A stretch of DNA of 64,000 nucleotides from Methanobacteriota archaeon (GCA_020347565.1 CP070732.1:514681-578680), one strand, 5' to 3'. Shown: positions 37,935 to 47,699, counted from the stretch's first letter. Notes: generated by a model from the letters alone, not told the origin. Numbers and translations: made by a program.

Positions 37935-38043
37935 CGAATGCCTGAGGCTGTCTCCGCGCTCACCCGATCATCGGTTGAACGCGCTGTCCAATCGCATGTA
38001 TGGGGTTTGATTCGGGTTTCCGCCCCCGTCCGGAGGCGCCAGC

Positions 38044-38544
38044 TCACTTGACCTCGACCTTCTTGACCTTCTTCTCAGGCGGGGTCGCCTTGGGCACCTT
38101 CACGGTCAGCAGCCCGTCCTTGAGCTGTGCGTCCACCTTGTCGGGGATGATTCTGTCCGGCAGCGGCAGGGATCTGTGGAACCTCGAGTAGTGGCGTTCC
38201 TTCCTGACGTAGCCGCCCTCCTTCTCCTCCCTCTCCGAGGAGGATTCCCCCGAGATCTCCATGGCATCCTCTGTGACCTCTATGCTGAGGTCGTCCTTCT
38301 TGAGTCCCGGGACTTCCGCCTTGACGACGAAGGCATCGCCCTCGTCGGTTATATCGACCAGCGGCTGCCTGATCAGCTCCCCTTGCATCGTCCTCGGGAC
38401 TACGAACAGGCTCTCCCAGTCGGTTCTGAAATCATCGAATAGCTTGTCCATGTCGTTCAACATGGTCATCGGATTGGACCAAAGCGGCCCCCAGTAGCTC
38501 CTGGGCACAATATCTTCGCGTTTATCCTTTCTCCTTATCATCAT
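38044..38544 (-). CDS. hsp20: Small heat shock protein, Hsp20 / alpha-crystallin family
   Basis: Alpha-crystallin domain (VDITDEGDAFVVKAEVPGLKKDDLSIEV...GLLTVKVPK). Trimmed to the ATG at 38544, preceded by AGGAGGAG. Confidence 0.85.
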   Translation of the reverse strand: MMIRRKDKREDIVPRSYWGPLWSNPMTMLNDMDKLFDDFRTDWESLFVVPRTMQGELIRQPLVDITDEGDAFVVKAEVPGLKKDDLSIEVTEDAMEISGESSSEREEKEGGYVRKERHYSRFHRSLPLPDRIIPDKVDAQLKDGLLTVKVPKATPPEKKVKKVEVK

Positions 38545-38702
38545 ATCTCCTCCTTCGCTTCGTTCCTTCGTCGGGCGACTCCGCCCGATTCGCAAATATG
38601 TTAGCACTTCTATATGAATGTTACGCTTACATCGTCCGGGTGGGCCGTACGCTTCGCATCTCCTGTTAATGTAATAACCAACGAGCGCCATATGCTCGCG
38701 AA

Positions 38703-39758
38703 ATGACCGGTACGCTGCATGGCGACGACGTGATGATATCCGACCCCGCCGAGGCCAGTCAGATACACAACAAGGGATACTACGGCACCCCTCAGCCCGG
38801 GGGAGGTCTGAAGCTTGGCCTGATGGAAGCCACGTACCTTGTGGACAGCGGCCGGCTGGAAGTCCAGTCGAGGAAACGGAAGATGACTTCTGGCGATCTA
38901 CTGCGGGTTGCCCACAGGTCGTCCAAAGGGTTCGAGATCAAGTATCTCGTGTACAGGGAGCTGAGGCAGAGGGGCTACATCGTCAAGATGGGCACGGCGC
39001 CCCTCGACTTCAGGGTGTTCCCGAGGGGTAGCTCGCCCAAGAGGACCACGAGCCGGTGGTGGGTCGCGGCAATCTCCGAGAGATCGACATTCGACCTGGG
39101 CGACATGCTGGACAACCTCGACAGGGCGGCGGAGATAAGGAAGAAGCTGCTGCTGGCCGTCGTGGATGAGGAGAGCGACGTCACCTACTACGACGTGAGG
39201 CGCATATCGCCGGCCGGCCGCCTAGGGTCCTTCGAGACGGATGTGAGGGTGGACGGCGTCGTGATGGCCGACAGGGTGATCGTCACCGACAGCGAGGGCG
39301 CCGAGGCGCTCCGTCAGGGGCATTGTTTCGGCAAGCAGGTGGGCAAGATGCTTCAGCTCTCGCTGCTCGAGGCCGTGTACCTCGTCGAGCTGGGCATCCT
39401 CAGGCTAAGGGATGGGAAGACGAACAGGGCGGTGGGACTGGAATCGCTTAAGCGACGCGCGAGGAGCCTCCAGCCCGACTTCGGCCTGCGTTTAAGCGCC
39501 TTCAAGGATCTCAAGGAAAAGGGACTGATAGTCAAGACAGGCTTCAAGTACGGGTCTCACTTCAGGGCCTACGAGGGGGACCCCGACAGGGACCACGCGA
39601 AGTACCTCGTGCACGCGGTACCGAAGCACTACAGGGCCATGTGGCCCGAGGTCAGCCGCGCCGTCAGGCTCGCCCACGGCGTCAGGAAGGACATCTTGCT
39701 CGGGCGCGTATCGAAGAAGGATGTGGAGTATGTGAGCCTCACGCGGCACAGGCCTTGA
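38703..39758 (+). CDS. endA: tRNA-splicing endonuclease, duplicated-domain (homodimeric alpha2) type
   Basis: 351 aa with two EndA-like repeats; the C-terminal catalytic unit carries YGSHFRAY...HAKYLVH (Tyr/His/Lys triad context). Confidence 0.8.
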   Translation: MTGTLHGDDVMISDPAEASQIHNKGYYGTPQPGGGLKLGLMEATYLVDSGRLEVQSRKRKMTSGDLLRVAHRSSKGFEIKYLVYRELRQRGYIVKMGTAPLDFRVFPRGSSPKRTTSRWWVAAISERSTFDLGDMLDNLDRAAEIRKKLLLAVVDEESDVTYYDVRRISPAGRLGSFETDVRVDGVVMADRVIVTDSEGAEALRQGHCFGKQVGKMLQLSLLEAVYLVELGILRLRDGKTNRAVGLESLKRRARSLQPDFGLRLSAFKDLKEKGLIVKTGFKYGSHFRAYEGDPDRDHAKYLVHAVPKHYRAMWPEVSRAVRLAHGVRKDILLGRVSKKDVEYVSLTRHRP

Positions 39759-39763
39759 CGAGC

Positions 39764-39922
39764 CTATATCCGCGATTCCCCGCCTGGTTTGTACAGCTCG
39801 TCTCTCCAACGGACGACCTTGAAAAGCTTGCAGTACTCGTCTATGCGGTCTCTGTACTCGATTGGCGGAACCACGCCTCTGCATCGCGTCCCGAAGTGCT
39901 CGCAGTCGTAACAGGAAACCAT
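39764..39922 (-). CDS. Candidate small Cys-rich protein (52 aa; MVSCYDCEHFGTRCRGVVPPIEYRDRIDEYCKLFKVVRWRDELYKPGGESRI)
   Basis: Intact ORF in the 220-bp gap between endA and gap, with four Cys (CxxC...C...C). Too short for the ORF track. Confidence 0.3.
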   Translation of the reverse strand: MVSCYDCEHFGTRCRGVVPPIEYRDRIDEYCKLFKVVRWRDELYKPGGESRI

Positions 39923-39981
39923 GTGGTCAACCTACGCACATCAACGCTTTAATCATTCGCCCGGAAGTCCAGCTCGCACGC

Positions 39982-40992
39982 CTACAGGAGCTTGGGCGCG
40001 AGCTCCACGAGCCGGTTGGCGTAACCCCACTCGTTGTCGTACCACGACAGTATCTTGCCGAACCGGCCCTTCACGCCAATGACCATCGTCATCTGCGCGT
40101 CGATTATGCTGGAGTGTGGGTTGCGTACGACGTCCGACGACACGATCGGCTCCTCGCAGAACTCCATGATGCCCTTCATGGGACCGGAGGCCGCCTCGGC
40201 GAGCGCGGCGTTCAGCGTTTCACGCGACATCTCCTCCTCCGTGCTGAACGTGAGGTCTGTTACCGAGCCGCACGGCGTGGGCACCCTGAGGGCGAACCCG
40301 TTGAGCTTGCCGCTCAGTTCCGGTATGACCATGCCTATCGCCTTCGCCGCGCCCGTCGTCGTCGGTATGATCGACAGCGCCGCCGCCCTGCCTCTCCTGA
40401 AGTCCTTGTGCGGCAGGTCGACGACCCTCTGGTCGCCGGTGTAGGCGTGTACTGTCGTCATCATGCCCTCGACGATCGAGAAGGCGTCGTTGATTACCTT
40501 CGCCGGCGGTGCAAGGCTGTTCGTCGTGCATGACGCGTTCGACACGACATGGTGTCTCTCGCGGTCGTACGCGTCGAGGTTCACCCCGAGCACGACCGTC
40601 GCGTCGCTGTCCTTCGACGGAGCCGAGATGATCACCTTCCGCGCCCCGCCCGTCAGGTGCTCCGCGGCCTTCTCCCTCGCCGTGAAGAGTCCCGTCGACT
40701 CAATCACCACGTCTACACCGAAACTTCTCCAAGGTATATCCGCGGGACTCCTGTGCTGTGTTACCTGTACGGTGCGGCCGCCCACGACGAGGGCTCCATC
40801 CTCAGATGCGACGTCCTGGCCGAGCTTGCCGTAGACGGAGTCCCACTTCAGCAGATAGGCGAGCGAGTCGACAGGCGCTATGTCGTTCACAGCGACTATC
40901 TCGAACTGCCCGCCGTACCCTTCCTTCTGGATGGCGGCCCTGAAGGCGTTTCTGCCTATCCTTCCGAAGCCGTTGATGCCTATCTTGACCAA
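39982..40992 (-). CDS. gap: Glyceraldehyde-3-phosphate dehydrogenase, type I (bacterial/eukaryotic type)
   Basis: INGFGRIGR, SNASCTTN and WYDNEWGY signatures of class I GAPDH; 336 aa. Confidence 0.9.
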   Translation of the reverse strand: MVKIGINGFGRIGRNAFRAAIQKEGYGGQFEIVAVNDIAPVDSLAYLLKWDSVYGKLGQDVASEDGALVVGGRTVQVTQHRSPADIPWRSFGVDVVIESTGLFTAREKAAEHLTGGARKVIISAPSKDSDATVVLGVNLDAYDRERHHVVSNASCTTNSLAPPAKVINDAFSIVEGMMTTVHAYTGDQRVVDLPHKDFRRGRAAALSIIPTTTGAAKAIGMVIPELSGKLNGFALRVPTPCGSVTDLTFSTEEEMSRETLNAALAEAASGPMKGIMEFCEEPIVSSDVVRNPHSSIIDAQMTMVIGVKGRFGKILSWYDNEWGYANRLVELAPKLL

Positions 40993-41105
40993 GTTCCTTA
41001 CCCGGACGGAAAATACGTGGTCGGAATAAAAAGCTGTCCCATGCCGGAGCGACGGGAGTTAAATGGGAAGCGAAGGGGTTTCAGCGCGTCAATGCTCGTA
41101 TCCGG

Positions 41106-42038
41106 TCAGAGTTGGACCTCGATGCCTAGCTTCTCCGTCAGCTCCTTGTACCGGTTCCTGATGGTGACCTCGGTCACGCCCGCCACGTCGGCGACCTCCC
41201 GCTGCGTCCTCCTCTCATTGCACAGGATCGACGAGATGTATATCGCTGCGGCCGCGACGCCCGTCGGCCCCCTGCCGGATGTCAGCTCCTTCTTCGCAGC
41301 GTCCTTCAGTATCTCCGTCGCCTTGGACTGCACCTCTCCGGACAGCTTCAGCTCGGAGCAGAATCGCGAGACGTAGTCCTGCGGTTTGGTCGGCATGAGC
41401 TTCAGCTTGAGCTCGCGCGTCATGAACCGGTATGTCCGGCCTATCTCCTTCCTTCCGACGCGGGACGAGTTGGCAACCTCGTCGAGAGTCCTCGGAACAT
41501 TGCACTGCCTGCAGGCAGCGTACAGCGATGCAGCCACCACGCCCTCGATGCTCCTCCCTCGAATGAGGTTCTTGTTGACCGCCTTCCTGTAGGTCATCGC
41601 TGCCGTCTCCCGCACGTTGCGCGGGAGACCCATGGACGATGCCATGCGGTCGAGCTCACTCAGGGCGAAGGCGAGGTTCCTCTCCGTCGCGTTGGACACC
41701 CTGATCCTGCGCTGCCACTTCCGCAGCCTGTAGAGCTGCGCCCTGTTTCTGGTCGGGATGCTCTTGCCGTAGGAGTCCTTGTTCTTCCAGGATATCTCCG
41801 TGGACAGTCCCTTGTCGTGTATCGTGTATGTCATGGGGGCGCCGGTCCTGGCCCTCTTCTCCCCTTGCTCGACGTCGAAGGCCCTCCACTCGGGGCCCTG
41901 GTCTATGAGCTGGTCGTCGAGGACTATGCCGCAGTCCTCACACACGAGCTCTCCGCGTTCGTAGTCTCTTACGAGATGCGCGCTGTTGCATTCAGGGCAT
42001 CTCTCGATCTGCTCAGTTTCCTCTCTTACCTTTGCCAT
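41106..42038 (-). CDS. tfb: Transcription initiation factor IIB (TFB)
   Basis: N-terminal Zn ribbon [25 protein letters not shown]-finger region and two cyclin-fold repeats; 310 aa. Confidence 0.9.
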   Translation of the reverse strand: MAKVREETEQIERCPECNSAHLVRDYERGELVCEDCGIVLDDQLIDQGPEWRAFDVEQGEKRARTGAPMTYTIHDKGLSTEISWKNKDSYGKSIPTRNRAQLYRLRKWQRRIRVSNATERNLAFALSELDRMASSMGLPRNVRETAAMTYRKAVNKNLIRGRSIEGVVAASLYAACRQCNVPRTLDEVANSSRVGRKEIGRTYRFMTRELKLKLMPTKPQDYVSRFCSELKLSGEVQSKATEILKDAAKKELTSGRGPTGVAAAAIYISSILCNERRTQREVADVAGVTEVTIRNRYKELTEKLGIEVQL

Positions 42039-42279
42039 CGTCCCCCTCTTCTATGTAGACTTCCCTGCCGAGTATCGCAAGCGTCTTCATCTCCTCTTCA
42101 GGCTGTACGGCGACATATGGGGAGCGGACCGGGCCGAAGACTCTGACCACCTTCCCCACGCGCGCCTTCACGTTGTCTCGCACAATCGAGCCTTTCATCG
42201 GTGCGAACCTGGACTTCACTATGAGCTTGCCGTCGTGAGACATGTCCTGCACGACACCTAGAAGCTTCAACTCGCTCAC
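42013..42279 (-). CDS. gar1: H/ACA ribonucleoprotein component Gar1
   Basis: [18 protein letters not shown] core motif. GTG start at 42279. The 3' end overlaps the tfb start by 26 bp. Confidence 0.7.
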   Translation of the reverse strand: MSELKLLGVVQDMSHDGKLIVKSRFAPMKGSIVRDNVKARVGKVVRVFGPVRSPYVAVQPEEEMKTLAILGREVYIEEGDDGKGKRGN

Positions 42280-42322
42280 CGAATCATATTTATAATTTGT
42301 GCTGTCCGCCCTATGTACACGG

Positions 42323-42332
42323 TTATATATAA
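42323..42332. promoter_or_regulatory. Palindromic TATA element TTATATATAA in the divergent gar1-tfb / PPS intergenic region
   Basis: It sits about 22-26 bp beyond the gar1 GTG on the minus side, and about 90 bp upstream of the PPS ATG on the plus side. A second box, gtatttaaga, lies at 42346-42355. Confidence 0.3.
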
Positions 42333-42422
42333 GGTTTTTCTCAATGTATTTAAGAGTTGAGCATCAATCTCCCCCTGATGTAGTTTTCACCCCGGTGGAG
42401 GGGTGCTTCGCAGGCGGTCGCA

Positions 42423-43178
42423 ATGACGATGATTCCGAAGTCGCATCCGCGCCGAGAGTCGCTCATGCTCCGCGAGCGCCTCGTAGAGGGCTTTGCAGAC
42501 GGTGTCGTCGCGCCACAGGGGCTGATCGCACACGGCCGAGGGGAGATGTTCTACTATGTCCTCGGCGAGCGGACGACGAAGGAGGCGCGCATCGCCGCGA
42601 GGGCCGCGGCTGCGGCGCTGCTCACGGCTTCTCACCCCGTGATATCCGTCAACGGGAACGTGGCGGCGCTGTGTCCCGTTGAGGTCGTCTCTCTGTCGCA
42701 GCTCGTACCCGCAAGGATCGAGATAGGCCTGTTTCATCGCTCCGACGAGCGGATAACCAGGATACAGGCGATACTGGAAGGGCACGGGGCGGAGGAGGTG
42801 CTCGGCTTCTTGCCCGATGAGAGGATACCAGGTCTTGACGGACCGAGGGCCATGTGTTCGGAGGAGGGCATACACTCCGCCGATTTGGTGCTCGTCGCCC
42901 TCGAGGACGGAGATCGTGCGAAGGCGCTTGTCGACATGGGCAAGAAGGTCGTCGCCGTGGACCTGAACCCGCTGTCCAGAACTGCGCGCAACGCCACGAT
43001 CACGGTGGTCGACGAAGTGACATCCGCGTTCGCCGAGATCGCGTATTGTGCCGAGGAGCTGAAGGGCGACGATGCGGGGATCCGGAGAGCGCTTGAGCGA
43101 TACGACAGAGACGATAACCTGAGCGCAATCATGGCTCTAATGGCGGCGAACCTGACTACTGGATTGCCGCTGCCGTAG
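42423..43178 (+). CDS. 4-phosphopantoate--beta-alanine ligase (archaeal phosphopantothenate synthetase, PPS)
   Basis: MIPKSHPRRESL...GLIAHGRGE opening is typical of archaeal PPS (COG1701/DUF137); 251 aa. Confidence 0.7.
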   Translation: MTMIPKSHPRRESLMLRERLVEGFADGVVAPQGLIAHGRGEMFYYVLGERTTKEARIAARAAAAALLTASHPVISVNGNVAALCPVEVVSLSQLVPARIEIGLFHRSDERITRIQAILEGHGAEEVLGFLPDERIPGLDGPRAMCSEEGIHSADLVLVALEDGDRAKALVDMGKKVVAVDLNPLSRTARNATITVVDEVTSAFAEIAYCAEELKGDDAGIRRALERYDRDDNLSAIMALMAANLTTGLPLP

Positions 43179-43248
43179 ATTCGGAAGATCTGCCCTCAGA
43201 GCAACACGTTTTTGTGCGTGCAACGGCTTCGGCACACAGAGTGGTACG

Positions 43249-44493
43249 ATGGCCAAGAACGAGTTGCTCGACAAGGGCACCAAGAGGATCGAATGGGCGA
43301 GACGTCACATGCCGGTCCTGGGGAAGATACGGGACAGGCTGGCGAAGGAGCAAACGTTCGAGGGGCTGAAGATCGGCATGGCCCTCCACACCGAGGCGAA
43401 GACGGCGGTTCTCGCAGTCACCTTGCAGGATGCGGGGGCGGAGGTCCGCCTCACAGGGTGCAACCCGCTCTCGACCGACGACTCTGTCGCCCTCGCGCTC
43501 AACAAGGAGTACGGGCTCGAGACGTACGCCAAGAGAGGGCAGTCACAAAGGGACTACTACCGGTCGCTGAACGGAGTCCTGGATATGGGCCCCGACTATG
43601 TGATCGACGACGGCGCAGACCTGATATTCCTGTTGCACACGAAGCGGAAGGACATGCTCTCACGCGTCATGGGGGCGAACGAGGAGACCACCACGGGGAT
43701 CATCCGGGTGCGCGCCATGGCCCAGGAGGGCTCCCTCAGATTCCCCGTAATGTCCGTCAACGATGCCTACATGAAATACATGTTCGACAACAGGTACGGG
43801 ACAGGGCAATCGACTATGGACGGCATCATGACGGCCACGAACCTGATAATCGCCGGGAAGGACTTCGTCGTGGCCGGCTACGGATGGTGTGGAAGGGGGA
43901 TAGCGATGCGGGCCAAGGGGCTCGGGGCCGATGTGACCATCTGCGAGGTGGACCCCATCAGGGCGATCGAGGCGAAGCTCGACGGCTTCGCCGTGAAGCC
44001 CATGGTCGAGGCGGTCCAGGGGGCGGATTTCGTCGTGTCGGCGACGGGCTGCAAGGATGTGCTGACCGCCCGGCACATGCGAAGGCTCAAGGACGGCTGC
44101 GTTCTGGCCAACTCGGGCCACTTCGACAACGAGATATCGAAGGCCGCCCTCAAGCAGTTGTCCAAGAGGCGCAGGAAGGTGAGGGACTCGGTGGACGAGT
44201 ACACGCTGAAGAACGGCCGCAGGGTGTACCTGCTTTCAGACGGCAGGCTCGTCAACCTTGCGGCAGGTCAGGGGCACCCAGCGGAGATTATGGACATGAG
44301 CTTCTCCATCCAGGCGCTCAGCCTGGAGTATCTGGCGTTCAGCAGCCAGTCACTCGAGCCGGACGTCTACGATGTTCCGGACCACATAGACGACCAGGTG
44401 GCACGGCTCAAGCTCGAGACCATGGGCCTCGAGATAGACAAGCTCTCGAAGGGACAGAAGAAGTACCTCACTGACTGGAGAGAGGGCACCTGA
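43249..44493 (+). CDS. ahcY: Adenosylhomocysteinase (S-adenosyl/inosyl-L-homocysteine hydrolase)
   Basis: NAD-binding VAGYGWCGRG; HTEAKTAVL and CNPLSTDD motifs; 414 aa. Confidence 0.9.
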   Translation: MAKNELLDKGTKRIEWARRHMPVLGKIRDRLAKEQTFEGLKIGMALHTEAKTAVLAVTLQDAGAEVRLTGCNPLSTDDSVALALNKEYGLETYAKRGQSQRDYYRSLNGVLDMGPDYVIDDGADLIFLLHTKRKDMLSRVMGANEETTTGIIRVRAMAQEGSLRFPVMSVNDAYMKYMFDNRYGTGQSTMDGIMTATNLIIAGKDFVVAGYGWCGRGIAMRAKGLGADVTICEVDPIRAIEAKLDGFAVKPMVEAVQGADFVVSATGCKDVLTARHMRRLKDGCVLANSGHFDNEISKAALKQLSKRRRKVRDSVDEYTLKNGRRVYLLSDGRLVNLAAGQGHPAEIMDMSFSIQALSLEYLAFSSQSLEPDVYDVPDHIDDQVARLKLETMGLEIDKLSKGQKKYLTDWREGT

Positions 44494-44626
44494 CGCGCGG
44501 GGGAGGGCGGATGTCTCAGCGCCCCCGCCTGACGATATTGCTGGCTACTTAAGGCAGGTCGAGCGTCGCGGCCCCTCCTGGGCCAACCGATTTTTCAAGT
44601 ATGGCAGAGTCGATACGGTTGCTGGA

Positions 44627-45559
44627 GTGGACAGAGTGCGGAAGAGCAATTTCCTGGGGGTTTTCGGACACTCTGCGATTGACATCATATACTCTTCTGC
44701 CAGCTTCCCGGCGCCCAACACTTGTGTCGAATTGGTGGGCCGCAAGGAGTACTACGGCGGCACTGGCGCGAACCTTGCCGCCATCGCAGCGTCGCTGGGC
44801 GTGAGGACCTCCCTTGCCAGCCATGTCGGCGACGATTTCCCCAAAGAGTTCAAGGGCCGCCTGCAGGAGCTGGGCGTCGATGTCACGGATATCATCAAGG
44901 TGCGAGGCGAGCGCACGCCGTACATAATCATGATCTCCGATGCCGAGCACAACCAGATAGGGTTCGTCGACCAAGGGGCAGTACTCATGCAGGACAGCCT
45001 CCCCATCAGGACCCATACGATCGACACATCGAAGTTCATACATGTGGGGACGGGTCGCCCGTCGTACATGCTGAAGGTTGCCAAGAGGGCGAAGTGGCGT
45101 AAGAGGACCGTGTGTTTCGACCCCGCACAGGAAATCCACTACGTGTACACGCCAGAGACGCTCAAGCAGATACTCGAGTACTCTCAGGTCGTCTTCATGA
45201 ACTCGTCCGAGCTGGAGACTGCGAAATCGTATCTGAACCTCGAGGACGACCGCGAGCTGTTGTCCTACGTGAATCTGGTCGTCAACACGCTCGGCAGGGA
45301 GGGAAGCAGGATCATCACAGACGACGACGAGGTGCTGGTGAACGCCATAAGCCCTGACGCGGTGGTGGACACGACCGGCGCGGGCGACGGCTTCAGGGCA
45401 GGATTCTACGCGGGCCTGAGCCGTTCGCTGCCTCTGGAGGAATGCGCGTGGATGGGCGCGGCAACGGCGTCGTTTATCGTCGAAAGCGTCGGGGCACAGA
45501 GCGTCCTGCCCACATGGGAGATGGTGCAGAGGCGTGCTGCCCGCAGGAAGAACGTTTGA
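44627..45559 (+). CDS. PfkB-family carbohydrate or nucleoside kinase
   Basis: GGTGAN-like N-terminal motif and C-terminal DTTGAGDGFRAGF anion-hole motif. GTG start; TATA-like tttttcaagtat about 26 bp upstream. Confidence 0.7.
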   Translation: MDRVRKSNFLGVFGHSAIDIIYSSASFPAPNTCVELVGRKEYYGGTGANLAAIAASLGVRTSLASHVGDDFPKEFKGRLQELGVDVTDIIKVRGERTPYIIMISDAEHNQIGFVDQGAVLMQDSLPIRTHTIDTSKFIHVGTGRPSYMLKVAKRAKWRKRTVCFDPAQEIHYVYTPETLKQILEYSQVVFMNSSELETAKSYLNLEDDRELLSYVNLVVNTLGREGSRIITDDDEVLVNAISPDAVVDTTGAGDGFRAGFYAGLSRSLPLEECAWMGAATASFIVESVGAQSVLPTWEMVQRRAARRKNV

Positions 45560-45686
45560 GGCGTGAGCGGCAATCGACGGGGCGGCTGGGGGACAGCGAA
45601 CGCGTCGGAGCCAGACCCTCCGCCAAGAATCCAGAGCCCGAAAGGTTTATCACAGCCCATCCCATTATTGGGCCCGGTGAGACCAG

Positions 45687-45920
45687 ATGGCCGTGGGTTT
45701 TATACTAATAAGCACCGCGCCGGCGAAGGAGCATGAGGTCTACAACGAACTCCTGAAGGTCAAGGAGGTCGTGGAACTGCACCCGCTGTTCGGGGAGTAT
45801 GACCTGATTGCCAAGATCGAGGCGGATGACTTCAACCTTCTCGGACAGGTTGTCGTGGACAAGGTGCGCTCTATCTCTGGCGTGATTGACACGAAGACGC
45901 TGACTGGTATAAAGTTCTGA
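45687..45920 (+). CDS. Stand-alone Lrp/AsnC ligand-binding (RAM) domain protein
   Basis: 77 aa; YDLIAKIEADDFNLLGQVVVDKVRSISGVIDTKTL is typical of the AsnC C-terminal domain. Confidence 0.7.
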   Translation: MAVGFILISTAPAKEHEVYNELLKVKEVVELHPLFGEYDLIAKIEADDFNLLGQVVVDKVRSISGVIDTKTLTGIKF

Positions 45921-45937
45921 GTCATCGGAAGAAGGAA

Positions 45938-46243
45938 GTGGGTCGGATGGAACTTCTTGAGTTTCTGACAGTCGTAATACTTGTATTCGCCCTGTTCATG
46001 CTCTTGGCAGGTGTGTTTACTGCGTACTTCGGCAGCGGGAAGAGCAGAATGATTGGCGTCGCGCTTCTGGTCATCGGCCTCGTGGTCGGGCTGGTGTGGG
46101 GCGTGATGGGCCTCGACTCGGTGGACATCATCGACGTGAACGTGGGCAAGGTCGTTTGGGACGCGTTCCTCTACATACTCGCAGGAGTCATAGGCGCCCT
46201 GGCGGCGATCGGCATATTCCTGCTCGCGATTATGAAGTCCTGA
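45938..46243 (+). CDS. Hypothetical small membrane protein (3 TM helices)
   Basis: Hydrophobic 101-aa ORF with three predicted helices. Confidence 0.45.
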   Translation: MGRMELLEFLTVVILVFALFMLLAGVFTAYFGSGKSRMIGVALLVIGLVVGLVWGVMGLDSVDIIDVNVGKVVWDAFLYILAGVIGALAAIGIFLLAIMKS

Positions 46244-46286
46244 GCGCGGAAACCTTTTTCTACAAACTCCACCTCTCCCTTTTCTG

Positions 46287-46751
46287 ATGAGCGTCCAGAT
46301 AGTCCTCGGAAGCAAGAGCGACCTCAAGGTGGCCGAGAAGGCCACGGAGGTGCTCAAGGAGCTAGGCGTCGAGTACAGAATCAGCGTCGCGAGCGCCCAC
46401 AGAACGCCAGAGCTGGTAGACAAGCTCGTGAGAGAGGCGGATGCCGAGGTCTTCATCGCGATCGCAGGCCTGTCGGCCGCTCTCCCGGGCGTCGTCGCCG
46501 CCAGAACGAGCCGCCCGGTGATCGGCGTGCCAGTCAGTGGAGCGTTGAACCTCGATGCGATACTGTCCGTCGTCCAGATGCCGTCCGGCATACCCGTAGC
46601 CGCTGTGGGCCTCGACAGAGGCGAGAACGCGGCCATACTGGCCGCGCAGATACTGGCCCTCAAGGACGACCGCGTACGCGAGGCGTTGGAGGCGCACAGG
46701 ACGAAACTGAAGGAGAAGGTGGCCAGGGATTCTCAGGAAGTTGATGGGTAG
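46287..46751 (+). CDS. purE: N5-carboxyaminoimidazole ribonucleotide mutase / AIR carboxylase PurE
   Basis: VLGSKSD...AGLSAALPGVVAA...PVIGVP motifs. Confidence 0.85.
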   Translation: MSVQIVLGSKSDLKVAEKATEVLKELGVEYRISVASAHRTPELVDKLVREADAEVFIAIAGLSAALPGVVAARTSRPVIGVPVSGALNLDAILSVVQMPSGIPVAAVGLDRGENAAILAAQILALKDDRVREALEAHRTKLKEKVARDSQEVDG

Positions 46752-47699
46752 ATGTTCGATCCACATAAGTTCATCGACGAGCAAGTCGCCAGGACCCGCG
46801 CCGAGGTGTCAGGCAGGGCGATAATCGCCGCCTCCGGAGGGGTCGATAGCACCGTGTGCGCCGTGATTGTCAGCAAGGCGATTGGCGATAGGCTGTTGGC
46901 GGTGCACGTGGACACAGGGTTCATGAGGAAGGGAGAGACCGCACTGGTCGACGATATGCTCGGCCGGCTCGGCGTCAACCACATCGTAGTGGATGCAAGC
47001 GACGAGTACTTCGATGCGCTGAAGGGGGTCTCCGATCCCGAGATGAAGCGGAAGATCATCGGCGAGAAGTTCATACGCGTCTTCGAGCGCGAGGCGAGCG
47101 AGTTCGGCGCCGAGCATCTCGTGCAAGGCACGATTGCCCCCGATTGGATAGAGAGCGGCGGCGGCCTCAGAGACACCATCAAGTCTCATCACAACGTCGG
47201 TGGCCTTCCAGCGGATATGAACATGAAGCTGGTGGAGCCTCTGCGCGACCTCTACAAGGACGAGGTGCGCAAGGTGGCCCGCGCCCTCAAGGTCGAATCG
47301 GCCGAGCGCCAGCCGTTTCCCGGACCCGCCCTGGCGATAAGGGTCATGGGCGAGTCCACGAGGGAAGCGGTCGGCATCGTCCGGGAGGCCTGTGCGATAG
47401 TCGAAGAGGAGATCGAGAAGGCTGCGGACGCCGGCAAGATGCCGCTTCCATGGCAGTACTTCGCCGTCCTGTTGCCTGTCAAGAGCGTTGGCGTGCAAGG
47501 CGACATCCGCGTGTACGGATACACTGTGGCTGTGAGGGCGGTGGAGTCGATCGATGCGATGTCCGCAGCCTACACGAAGATACCTCACGATGTCCTGGAG
47601 TCGATCTCTGCACGCATAACCAACAGCATGAAGGACAGGGTGAACCGCGTCGTATACGACATAACCGACAAGCCGCCTGCGACGATAGAGTGGGAGTGA
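46752..47699 (+). CDS. guaAb: GMP synthase subunit B (ATP pyrophosphatase)
   Basis: PP-loop SGGVDSTV; C-terminal dimerisation domain; 315 aa. Confidence 0.85.
   Translation: MFDPHKFIDEQVARTRAEVSGRAIIAASGGVDSTVCAVIVSKAIGDRLLAVHVDTGFMRKGETALVDDMLGRLGVNHIVVDASDEYFDALKGVSDPEMKRKIIGEKFIRVFEREASEFGAEHLVQGTIAPDWIESGGGLRDTIKSHHNVGGLPADMNMKLVEPLRDLYKDEVRKVARALKVESAERQPFPGPALAIRVMGESTREAVGIVREACAIVEEEIEKAADAGKMPLPWQYFAVLLPVKSVGVQGDIRVYGYTVAVRAVESIDAMSAAYTKIPHDVLESISARITNSMKDRVNRVVYDITDKPPATIEWE

Noticed and set aside
42299-42682. 127-aa plus-strand ORF across the gar1/PPS intergenic region and into the PPS gene
   Set aside because: It starts inside the AT-rich promoter region and runs in a different frame through the PPS gene as Arg-rich sequence. 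It has no motif support.
44494-44626. Possible small RNA or tRNA in the ahcY-pfkB gap
   Set aside because: I looked for cloverleaf-compatible acceptor/T-arm pairing and for C/D-box (RUGAUGA/CUGA) motifs and found none convincing. The G-rich imperfect hairpin (gggggagggcg...cgcccccgcc) is more simply the ahcY 3' end structure.
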